DNA from: Yuukianura sp. NJ FZ-2021
Lineage: Eukaryota
Direction: 5' to 3'
NCBI GenBank assembly: GCA_046563655.1
Contig: CM102286.1
Coordinates: forward strand, 6,262,001-6,326,000
Length of the DNA: 64,000 nt
Shown here: positions 1 through 12,000 of the stretch, in pieces
How positions within the stretch are numbered: position 1 is the stretch's first letter
How the letters are laid out: each line of letters starts with the position of its first letter
Made by a program: the position numbers and the translations under genes
The notes under the pieces: generated by a model
The model's input: only the letters and a program-made list of their open reading frames with translations
The model's database searches: none
Told to the model about the DNA's origin: nothing

Positions 1-35
1 CAGCCCAGCATCACTCAACATATTTTTCTAAATAC

Positions 36-3000
36 CTTTGGTAGTTCAGGAACCTTGGGGACTTCAGCAGCGGCTGCTGCAGGGACATCACTTTCCTCTT
101 TCGGCTCCTCCTTCGTTTCTGGCTCACCGTTCGTCACTACAGCGGCGACGGCGGCCTCCGTCGGAACCTCAGCAGCACTCTCGACTTTTGGTTCTTCGGC
201 CGCTACTTCTGCTGTCTTAGTCTCCTGGCCCTCCGCTGCTGCGGCCTCCTCCTCCTTCTTCTGCAACAGATTCAAAAAAGAAATACAATTAATTAACAAA
301 ATCAAGAGATGCACAAAACCAAGAATCGGTGTAGTCTCGAATATTATAATTAACACTTTTAGCGTGTCACCCTCTCTCTGATCCACTTCCCGCCCTAAAT
401 CCAATTTGAATTCATCATTCATCGTTAAGTACGAAGTGAAAACTTCGGTTTGGATTAAACCTAGCTTTGTCACTACTTTCCCTCGCCTCTGTTCGTATTC
501 TGTTCACACAATTCCTAATTCCTTTCGTCGTTTCCTCACACTTCAGCTTCTAATTTCCAGCCTCCCCGAAAACGTGTCAGTCCAATTCGCATCGATTTCT
601 ATCTCCCTCCTCGTCCAACAGAAACAAAGCATCCGAAACACTGCTAGCAGCGCGTCGTTCCCTTGTCTCCCGCCAACTTCCATTATTTCCCAGACAAAAA
701 CTCAGACTCCATTAAAACAGACTTCTCATCAACTTTGTCATTGTGTATCATCCTTATTCTGAAAGACCGCACGTAATAATGAGTGGTTTGAGGGGAGTGA
801 TCAATAGCAGATTACAGCCAACACTCGTACTATCTTTGGTCTCCGCTCACACTTTTCAGCGTTACGCAACAAACTTCATCTTCCAGAACCAAGTGATCTC
901 GTGAACCAATTAACTCTTTCTCTAGGTTATGTTCAGCGTCTACTACGACAAAGCGGAGGCGGTTTAGCTTTAAAAACCTACACAAAATCCCAGTGACACT
1001 GCGGTTTCATTTCATTTCTGATTCCAGCGTATTACCCGGCTTTTCTATTCCGTCTTTACTGAATTACCTTTCTCCATTTTCTCCTTCGTCTGCCTTTCTC
1101 CGAAAAGAAATGAGATGAAAGACAAATTAAATGACAAGAAAAATAGACGGCAAGCGTATCGCATTTACCTCCTGCTCTAACATAACATAACCTAACTTAA
1201 GGAAAACCTAACCTTAGGGAAAAAAAATGCAGGAGAAAGCTCCGGAATTGTATTACATTAAGGTCCCTCCTTGCCCAGGGAGAAAAAACAGAATAGTTAA
1301 TAGGTTCAAAGTAGGAGAATTGCGTAAGGGGAAAGTTTTCCGAGTTAGATACCAAAGGAGAAAGGAGCCGCTAGAAGAAAAGCAGTGGAGATGAGATTCG
1401 GGTTCTTCCCTTGAATCACAACATCTAAAAACGGGGGGAAAAGGGGGCTCGACCGCAGTCAAGCTTTCGGTTAGGCTAGACAGAAATGGAAAAGTACAGC
1501 GTGGCAGTGGAGGAGGGTGAGTCATCTCGTAAGATTCGATGGGATGTACGATATAAAAAAAATTCGGGTGCTTTTACTCTGTTGAAAAAAAAAATTCGGA
1601 AGCAGAGAGAAAGCTGGTGCGTTTTCCCCCCTCGTCCACTTTTCCAGCCGTCATAAAATACGCGTGCTTTCCCCATTTTTCTAAAACAGTCGCACGTTCA
1701 AACTGCCTCCATTGTCGTAAAATACAAGCCCTCATGACCTGACCTACTGTTTTTCCCTCCGTCCAATTTCCTATTTCCACTCTTTTTTTTTGTCAAAACT
1801 GTTTTCATTTTGCAAGTACTGCCCATAATTTTTTGGGGCTTTACCAGTAAAAATAAACCAAAATCCCAGCACTTCAAACGTCAACATAACTTTACAAGCT
1901 CCTAAACACTTATTCCCTTTGTTCATTGTAAACTTTACGTAGCTAAAAATATTCCAGGGCTGTTAAATTTTCAAAATCCGTTTCATTCCTACACTCAGAT
2001 TCTAGCTCCGCTTGAAAGCCAACTTTAGTCCAAGAATTTCGCCAACTCATCTTCTCGTTGAAATAAAAATCAATTTAGAAAAATGATAAGACATAACTGT
2101 GGTTGATTGGTATGCACATTAAATTTTCTCTTAAGCTTATGGTTTCAGATATGCAATATGCAATACAAAACCACACTGCACAAATCTATTCCCATTCCCA
2201 GCCCACGCCTCCTCCTCAGGACGACCGAGTTCAAGGCCAGGGCAAAACTTTTTTCCAAGGTTGAGCAATCCCTTCCCAACGTAACTTTCTCTTAACCCAA
2301 ACTTAAGCGCATCGGAATCATCAATATCGCTTTTCCATTTTCCATATTCAGCGAATTCTGCAGCGTCAAAACGCTACCCAGCTCTAACTATTTTAAAAAG
2401 TTCAAAATTTAGCGCCAAAGTCGCTCCAGACACTCAAGAATCAAATTCCGCTTACCTTTGACCCTCCCAGGCCAAGCGTATTCAACAATCCTCGTACGAA
2501 ATTCATATTTGCAATTCGGCTAAATATTCTTCCTTGTGGAAAACTTTTGACCACAGACCTAGTCTAACACTAAACTGCGACTAACTCTGACTCAGAATCT
2601 GGAAGACTAAAGAGAAAGACGGTCATAAAAATGTTTCAATCCCAGTCACTCACTGTCCCTATGTTCTGTCCAGCCGATAATGATGCAAGTCACAAATTAG
2701 CTCTAATATAATTCCTCCTGACTCTAACCTTTCCCCTTGCGGTGTCTTGTTTGTCTCTGAACTTAAAAACTTTTGCTAATACGGAAAACAAGCTCAGCTT
2801 TATTAGCTCTACCAACAACAACTTTACATCTGCCACTTCTTCCAGGCTCTCTGCCCAGGTTATGTTTAAAAATAAATTCTAAACTGCACGGAAATGCATA
2901 TGTTTCTTGGCTACCATTTCCTTTCTTTCCACATAGTACAGTCACAAGAAAACTATTTCAATCCTAACTTGCATCATCCTCAAACTTTTCTTGGCAGCAG

Positions 3001-6000
3001 CCGATAGTCACGGGGTCAAAGATATTAGTCTAACCAAGCCTATTCATAAGGTAAAGAAAAGAAACGAGGTCAACTCATGACTGTCATGACGCTCTTGTCG
3101 TGTCAATGACACAAAAGCCAAAGATGACAGGCGGTCAGTCCATGACCAACTCCAGCAGATCACTTTCTCAAACCATGCTGGATCTTGATCTTACATCTTC
3201 TATCACAAAGTAATCCCTGTGACTCATCCTCACTCGATTCCTCCAGGGACAAACCAAGATCAAGCGGAGATTGGATATTGCCATTGCCAAATTGAAATTC
3301 ATATCAGCTCAACCTCAACTTCTATCTTATTTGTATTCTCTCCAGTCTCCAGTATCTCCGCCCTCGATAAGGTGATCACACAAACATATCTCCCGGTGAT
3401 GACGGCCACGCAAGGTCAAGGTGACCAAATCCTTGAAAAAAACATAATGGACTGACTTTGACATTGATGACGGTCTAACATATTCCATTCAAAACTCCAC
3501 AGGAAGCTAACCCAACTATGACTGGACTTGGAACCAGGGAAGCATAGAAACACTTTCCTCCACAAGTAAAATTGAGTCGACTCCGAACTCCGGAATATAA
3601 AATACAGTAAGATTTCGAATAAGTAGAGGGGAAGTATCTTGGCTTGGCAGCATCTGTGCATATACTGCAACGAAAACTGCTAGTTACATGCTGCATCCAA
3701 AGTACACTGTTCCATGCAACAAGGGTTACACATGACAGTGTCAATAGAGATAAAAGGAAGAGACACAGGGACTTTTGACATTGTCCCAGAGGAAATGTTT
3801 CACTTCCATATTTCATGTCAAGTCAAGTCTCAAGTTCAACAATCCGTTCTCCAATAACCAAAGAAGGCAAGACTATGGAAGATGAAGGATTTGGAGAGAA
3901 GATGACGTTCTTGGCATCGTCATACACCCGTAGCTCGTAACTTTATCACCTAAAGTCAACCAGGAGGAAACAGAAAAAAAAAGAAACAATGACATAGGGA
4001 CTATACAGCTCAGTCATCTTCGTCTGAGACTTCGACTCCGGAGGTTTATTTCAAACGACCAAAAAAAAAACAACTTGTCCAATCAACGTCTGAACAATGT
4101 CCGCGTCACTGACCACGAAATGGTCTCGTTTCTACTAAATAAAACACGAAACCATCAAAGTTCACCAGCACAAATACAAATCGCCTTGACTCCGTAAGAA
4201 ACTACATCTTCCAGGCGGGATTCTTTAATCCTTAAGGATTCTGGAAGGAGAGACTTAATAACTGTAGAGAAATTCCCTTCTTCGGAGAGATTTACAAGAT
4301 GAATTAGTAAAGCTAAAATGGCAGGAGGCTCAACGTAAACAGACAGCTATGGATTCCAGAACGCTTAGATTCATTCATTCATTATCTAAATTTTACGCTT
4401 CTTCCTATAGTCATGAAACGCTTAAACTTCTAAGAAGACTAACGCTTTAAAGTACTCTTTCGAAGCACAAAATTCAAAATAGAATTCAACTTTAAGCAAC
4501 AAAGTTAACGGGAAGCGCAGAAGCGACTCAAGAGCAAATGAGCCAAACTTTCAAATTTTTCAACCTCAAAACAGCGTTCAACAAACCGCGACGTCGTTTA
4601 CAGTGAGCCATTTCCTGATAAATTTATGAAAAAACACCGTACTTAATTCACTTCCAATTCCTTATAGCCCATTTCCAAAAATGTTATGTTATTCATGGAA
4701 GAAATTCCAAATAACTTAACATATCAGGACTTTCTCCATTAAAAACAATTTAAGCCTAACAAATCTTATAATGAGATACTTAAGGGCCCCTGAAACAAAA
4801 CAAAACAAAAAACTTGAACTTATTTTTTATTCTCCAGATTTATTCGGTTGGTGTTCGTACTGAATGGAATTGAAGGGCCCTTAGTAGTGCGGTAGCAAAA
4901 CCAAGGGCCCTTAATTCCACCATCTCCAGCTACTTTTCAAATCTTCACACCACCAAAGTTAAAGTTCATGGCAAAAAGAGCTCCAAAACTCCCAAATCTT
5001 CACAAGAAAAGTTAGTAAAACCCTAACCTAAAAAGCAAAGAAGCTCTTTCAGTTCAGAGCGCAACAATTCACCCCTTCCAACTTTTTACTTTTTGTTCAC
5101 ACAAAAGGGCTTTGACAGAGAGCCAAAAAAAAGTTTAGGGGGGACTTGAATAAAACCAGATGTGGTCAGGAGCCTTCGACTCCTCACAAGAAGCATCCTC
5201 ACCAAAAGATGGATGAATGTTATTAACGAATGCAACTTCGTCAAACATGCTTTTCAGTTACAAAATACTACCGTAAATTTCCAAATAAGTACCCCGTTCC
5301 GATAATACCGTCTACTTATTAGTACCTCTCTCCCAAATGCAGAGGAAAAAATTAGTAACTCGGGCCACAATTCGGAAAATCTACGGTGGTACTATGTTAT
5401 TCCGCATCCCTACTTAAGGGCCCCCCTTCACACCCTTAATAAATTCAACTTTACAAAGCTCATTTAAACATCACTTCAGCCACATTTCATTTCAAAACAC
5501 AAAAATTCAACAAAGATGAGAAATTAATTCCGAGAAACATTTTTCCCACTACACAGAAATGACCTTCTAAAATTCAATTCAATTCCTTCAAACAACTTTC
5601 TCCCCCACCTCCATCTCTTTGCTTATATCCTTAGAATATCCCAACCCGTTCCATAACCTAACTTTAGCATTTTATGCTTCGCCGAAGGTGCAGAAACTTT
5701 CACCTCCTTTTCACAAATTCAATTTGAACAAGAAGAAAAACCAAAATTCAGGAGGTTGTGTGCTTTTGTGCTCCGTTCGACGACTCCAGTTCCATTCCAA
5801 GCCCCAGTGCACAATAATATGATTTTCCAGTCCGACTAACCGTGGAGAAAGGAAATAAACATGACTAAACGACCGACCTATAACACTGAAAGAGGTCATT
5901 TCACCTTCAGTTGGAGCTCCAACAATCGTCTCTAGTTATTCCACACGGCTTTCCAACAACAAAACCTAGCCCAACATAACCTAACCCATACGTCCTAACG

Positions 6001-9000
6001 GCCCATTCCAGAACTAATATCAACCTACAATTCAGCTTCTTACGACCTCACAAAAGTTAGCGTAACGAACCCTTGACAGCATGGAACCATTAACAGACAA
6101 CTTCTGCCTTACTTGTCAGTCAAGGCAAACGCACTGCTGGCACACAAAGTCCATTCCGACTAATTTTCCAGCAGTGCTAAACAAGTACTTCAGGGTTCAG
6201 GGACCAAATGGGGGTCAAGGGTTAGCTAGTTTAAGTTAGGCAGTAAGGTTAGGGTAGGCTAAGGGCAATTGGAAACCAGTAGAACAAATACTTTGAGTTT
6301 CACCCATGGGCACTCCCATTTACAGTAATGGTTCTCAAATGCGACTCCAATAAATCACTAGAATTGTAAGCATTAGGAAGCTCATTACGTAAAAAGGTAT
6401 ATAACAAAGTAGCGGCAGCATCTGACCAAAACCTATACAAAACATCTTCGCCTGAACTAGCCTAACTTCTCCTAAAAACGGAAATTTTTCAAGATGTCTT
6501 CGACTGTCGTCGCCCATTTCTTCGTAATTTTTTTTTTCTTGTCTTTTCCAAAAATATTTCTGTAATACTACACAGTGCTATGTACGAGAATTCGGGCGAA
6601 CAAAAAACTCCGAAAACGTGAAAAACTTTTCTTCCGACTGATAAAAAACTACAAAATTTTCCGGTTTAATCCCTATGAGGAGATAGGCTTACTTCAGAAA
6701 AACTATTCTCCTTGTTGCGGAATGAGAGGTTTTACTGTAATTGCAAATGTAATTACCAGAAAAGCTTCGCGTAAATCAGTAAATCTTTTACACTGCCTCT
6801 TTCGGTGATCTCACGGGATTTCGGGCTCTTTCCCGCCGAAACTTTTTAAGCTCCACATTCGATCTTCTGCAAAAACGAAACCTTGCATAGTAAAGTTATC
6901 TCCCCACGTAATCTAAAGTGGCTGAAATTCAGAGGAGGGTGATTTGAATGAGCCTGAATATGGTCCATTGTGTTCTTCTAGCCTTAAAAGAGGTGGGTGG
7001 TAGGTCATAAAAATACTTTCATGAATTCATCTTTTTAAGTCTTCCTGGACCAAAGTCCTTTAGTAGGACTAAGGATCACTCTTAAGGATATACTAGAATA
7101 TTTATTCATCTTTTCTCTACACCAAAGTCCCTGGTTCCTACTTTAGAAAATTGAAGATGAGGACCTCAGCCTCCCAAAGAATTGGAACCTTCTTCCCATC
7201 ATTAAGATTTATATCATCCCAGCAGATAAATCAGCTCAAAATATGTCCTTGTACAACTAAAACGCTGGCGTTACAACCTCCTCCACTCCTTCCGTTTCAA
7301 CTCCACTGCCAACCTAAGCACATTTTACATGCATTTCTGAACAACTTTTTCTAAGTTATAGGAATTTCTCACCGTAGTCCGAGAGAGGGGACTTAGGTGA
7401 AGTTAAGGACCATACAGATGTCGGGGATGATAAAAAGTAGACCAAAGTGAAAGTCCACTTTTCCATTTTGCGTGTGCTGAAATGAACAGTCTCCTGCCGA
7501 CTTAACCGACTGCGTGATACACTTCCTGCTATCCTCCTCAAGTACTTTTGGACAACCACGAGTTATGCTTCCAAGCATTTTCCACCAGGTTCCATCGCAG
7601 CATCCAGGAAAGTTCTTCCAAATCTAAAAATGAGATGCTGGGATGCTGAGAATAGGAAAATGGAGTTGCGGATAAGATAAAGCACATATTTCAAGTGGCC
7701 TCCTCCACTTTCTTCCTTTCCAAAGTCCCGTAAGGCTGTCAAGGCCAGTTAGTATGGAAAGGCGTTGTACGCCATCGCCATCTTGGATGTGGGTGGTGTC
7801 ATGGCAAGATGGCCGTGATGGGGATGTTGGGCAAGATGGTGGGTGGGTGTTGGACAAGATGGAGGGGTCGGCCATCTTGGGTGTTGTGTCATGTTAGGGC
7901 AGTGGCGGTTTGTTGCTGGTCGTTGGGCTTTTTGGTTTCAGTGGGTTCTGATGGTTCTGGGCTGTACTTTCTCCAGCACAACTGTCTTGTTTTTTTGGGT
8001 GGGGGGGGGTATCATCTCCCCTGATTTTCATTTATGATTAGATCCACCTTTTGTAGCTTAATTCAGATCTGTCATTTAGGCTTGGCTGGGCAAAACGGTG
8101 GAGTGGATGGCGGGGTTGTGAAGGTTCTGTTCTTTGGCTGTTTGGATTGAAATAAATTCAAACAGTCTGATATGGTGGTCAATGCGTTCGGTTTTAGTTT
8201 TTTTTACTTGGTGTGGTTCTTTGGTGTGAATGGAGGGGCTCGTTTTTACTGTTTGGATCCAACAGGACTTGTTCCTGGAAAAAAGATTTGAAAAAAAAGC
8301 TTTTGTTGATGGAGTTGGATTGTTTCACTGTAATTTTGTTAGGGGGGATACGATCCTTTTTTTTAAGTTTCTTAGAGTAAATGATTAGAGAACCTGATGT
8401 TTTTATTTTGTTGTAAATGAAACCAAGTTGAAAAAACTGTGGTTTAAAAAACAACACTGTAACTAACCCTAGCGGAAGTTCTTTCTAGAAAAAAAAGGAG
8501 TTCGGAGTTCATCGTGAAGGGTAAAGGTTCACTTTGAATGTTATGGGCATCGGATTGTGGTGTGTCTCACTCGACTGGGATTTGGTACATGTATTGGTAC
8601 TTTCCTGATGTGTTACGGAAGGCCAGGAATGGTAGAGTTTTAAGAATGCGGCGGTATTTTTCTGCATTGGAAAGGTAACGTAGGTGCAGAGATTGAGCTT
8701 TCTTTTATTCTTTTAGTGGTCTATTTCTGAGGTGCAATGTATTTTGTAGCGAAATTTGCCCAGTAAAGCTCGATGCTGTGGAAAACTACTTTTGGAGTCA
8801 AAATACGACCCTAGAGGAGCCGTACATGACCGACGTCAGAGCAAGGCTGCGTGGCGACGATGGCGCCAACTTAGACCACGTCACGTGTGTCTTACAAGAG
8901 CCATCCGCGCTCTGTCTGACCAATACATCGTTATTTATTGGGGGTTTCGGGTCAAGGTTCGGCATTCATAAGGAATCGATGGACATACTTTCAATGAATC

Positions 9001-12000
9001 GTCTCATAGTTGTTGATCAAAACCAAGGCGGTGGTAAATTTTGGTAAATGTTTCTCAGACGGTCAATTTTTTTGTCAAGCCAGTTTTTGTTTCTTTCTTT
9101 TCTTCCTAACCTAACCTAAAAATTACGTATTCTTCAAACAAACTTTTTGAAGCAATTCCAAAACTGAACAAAAACCGCTTTCATCTCAATGTAGGGACGG
9201 TTCACACAGCGCTTTCTTGCATGCAGTATGAATGTTCCGGAATTGGAAATATTGCGTAACTACTGTTCATTTTTTTTTACTGTGCAGTTGTTGATTGTAA
9301 TTTTTTGGGTGTCGCTCTTAGAAACTGCTTAGGTTGAAGTGATTCAAACAGATCCACATGTATCCAGAAATTCAACCAGTACGTGTACATTTATTTCTAT
9401 CCGTATTTCTATTTCGTATTTCTATTCGTATTTCGTAAAAGTATTTCAAATCGAAATTGAGAGGGCATAAGTTTACTCTAGTTCTGAATCTGAAGAGCTA
9501 GCGCTGTCGCTATCCGACTCCGAACTGTCTTCCCCTAGTTGAATTATAATCGGATTGATAGGATTGTGAACAAACGTTTCGGCTAATTTTATTATGTTTC
9601 GTCCGTGCTATGTAAGCTTAGAATCATGACTAAGGTTGACAATCATTTGCTTTTCAGCTGAACTTTTAGCTTTCGGCATTTTGCAAATCAAATTACTCCG
9701 AAACCAGAATCGAATTTAAAGAAAGAAGGATTTTCTAAAGTTCAAAAATATTTTGATGATAAGTTTTCCTTAAGTCAACCTTACACGTTTCTAGGGGTGA
9801 CGCTTGAAAAATTACAATCAACAACTGCACAGTAAAAAAATGAACAGTAACACTGTGTCGGTAAGCTAATTAAGCTAAACTTAATAAGACAAGGTGAATC
9901 AAAACCATCGTCACCTTCACGATAATGGTAGATTTGGGTAGATTGCATACCTCGGAAACCATAGTTGTAACTTTTTCGTGAATAATTTTTGAAATTATTA
10001 AGAATTCACACTAAAATTTCATCGTTCGTGGAAACCGTGCTTAAATTTGCGATAAAGCGAAGGTTAGGGTTAACCTAACCTAAACTAACCTCTGCCGCTT
10101 TAATGCGCTTTGGATTTGTCTCAAAACTTTGTATGAAAAAATCCATAATATCCACATAAGTTAAACAGAACGAAACGCTCGCTCACTCTGTGTTCGCAAC
10201 ACAATTCGCAGCATGCAATCAACATAATTCGTAGCTTCCGCACGATTGTTGCACAAGAGTTTCTTCGCATCGGAAGGCTCGAAGACCTTGCAGGAGCTTG
10301 GTGACATCATAGTCACGCGCGGATATCACCAGGCTTTCAATGTCTCCGAAAATGTGGCTGCTGCCGTTTGCTTCGCAAATGAAAACTGGATTCAACGTGG
10401 GATTTAAGCTGGCAAATGTCGTTGCAAGGCGCATACGAAGTGAAACTTCAAATTACTTTGTTGAATATATTAAAAAATGTCCAAGGCCCGTAGGCGGGGG
10501 GAACTAGAGCTCCGGCTCTATCTTACTAACACCATGGACGGGCGCGGGCTCGAGTCCCGGTGTCGCCGACACGAAAGTCGTATTGCCAAGTTTGCGTTAA
10601 CAACTTAATTGGTGTCGTTAATCTCTCACATAATTTCATAATCTCTCAGGGCTGTCTCTGGCAAATGTCGGCAGTTTGTTTCCTTCTGCTGACTTGGGTA
10701 GTGGACGGTTGGCGGCATACGATGGGCTAAGCGAAAAGGACGGGTGGCGGAGCACGTGCGGCAAGCGGAGGGAATGGAGCGGAGGTGTGGTGGGATTGAG
10801 TTGGAAGTGGAGATGCTGTGGAGGTTTGGCGGCATACGATGGATTAAGCGGAGCAGCGGGAGGGAGCGGTGGCGGAGCGCGTGCGGTAAGCGGAGGGAAT
10901 GGAGTGGAGGTGTGGTGGGATTGAGTTGGAATTGGAGATGTAGTGGAGGTTTGGCGGCTAGAGATTTGCTAAGTGCTGCGGAAGGCAATGTTACCCACAG
11001 GAGTGGTAGTTAGACCAGTGAATAGCCAAGGTGACTTTTCCATCATTTAATCACCTTAACAGGTTGCGTAATACCTCATCTGTTTACCAAAACAAATAAA
11101 ATAACAAAAAAAACTAGTACCATTAGTACCAATTCTAAAACAGCTTGGTACCCGTCAAGGTAAATAGAACACTACTATAAGCTACCTGTACGAATTTCTA
11201 TTTTTGAAATCGTTGCTGATTCAGTGAGGCATTCAAGCTCTTAATTCAGAAAATGGGTAACTGTTCTTTCCCTATCTGCACCGTCACTCAATTGCTTAGT
11301 GGAATAATTGAAAAAAAAAGAGTTTCCAAATGTCGAATTGAAGCTCATTCTAAAATTCGTTCGTGTGCGGACGTTAATCAGAATGCGACCCCTGGATTTG
11401 AAAATTGAAACTGCCAAATCAAGACACAAACTCCGAAAAATTCAGTTATTCTTTCAGCCCATTTTGTTTTGCACTGGAAAAATTTCAAGCAATAACAATT
11501 TAAGAATTTTTTCTCAAAAAAATCGGAAGATTACGCTTACAATATTGCGGCAACGATTTCCTGGCGATGTGAAAAAATTTTTTTTGGACCTAACCAAATT
11601 CTTAAGAGATACAAAATTAACAAACCTTGGTGAATATCGTGAGAAGTGGGTGAGTGAGAACGGTGAGGCACAAATGTGTTCTATCATTCAAGTGTTAACT
11701 CGGAATGTGTTAACATGTGGAACCACGTGAAGTCCTAGGTGGACCTAGGCGTCAGTGCGGAAGTCGTATTTCTACAAAGCGGAGTGTCGGTTACGTACTC
11801 TGATCAGTTTGTTTTAGGAGTTTGAACTGCCAACAAGAATAAAATGTTTGGTTCCGGTGGACTCGTCCCTCTCAATATCTCGCAGGCGGCGTTACCTCTG
11901 GACACAGAGCCAGAGGAGCGGGTTGTAAAAGTGGCAGCAAAGCTGCATTGTTCGTACTGTCCGAAGAGCTTTACAAGAAAAGACACTTTGAAAAGACACG

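Noticed and set aside
1169..1183. Possible micro first exon MLEQE|GTAAAT for Akap200
   Set aside because: In frame but too short and weakly supported to distinguish from chance.
9106..9119. CCTAACCTAA telomere-like (TTAGG) motifs here and scattered through the window
   Set aside because: Only 2-3 units at a time, dispersed; not a telomeric array.
10219..10434. Minus-strand 71-aa ORF in the track
   Set aside because: It is the antisense shadow of the plus-strand JmjC C-terminal segment.
11308..11730. 140-aa ORF inside the element
   Set aside because: Non-ATG start, composition driven by AT-rich DNA, no recognisable motif.
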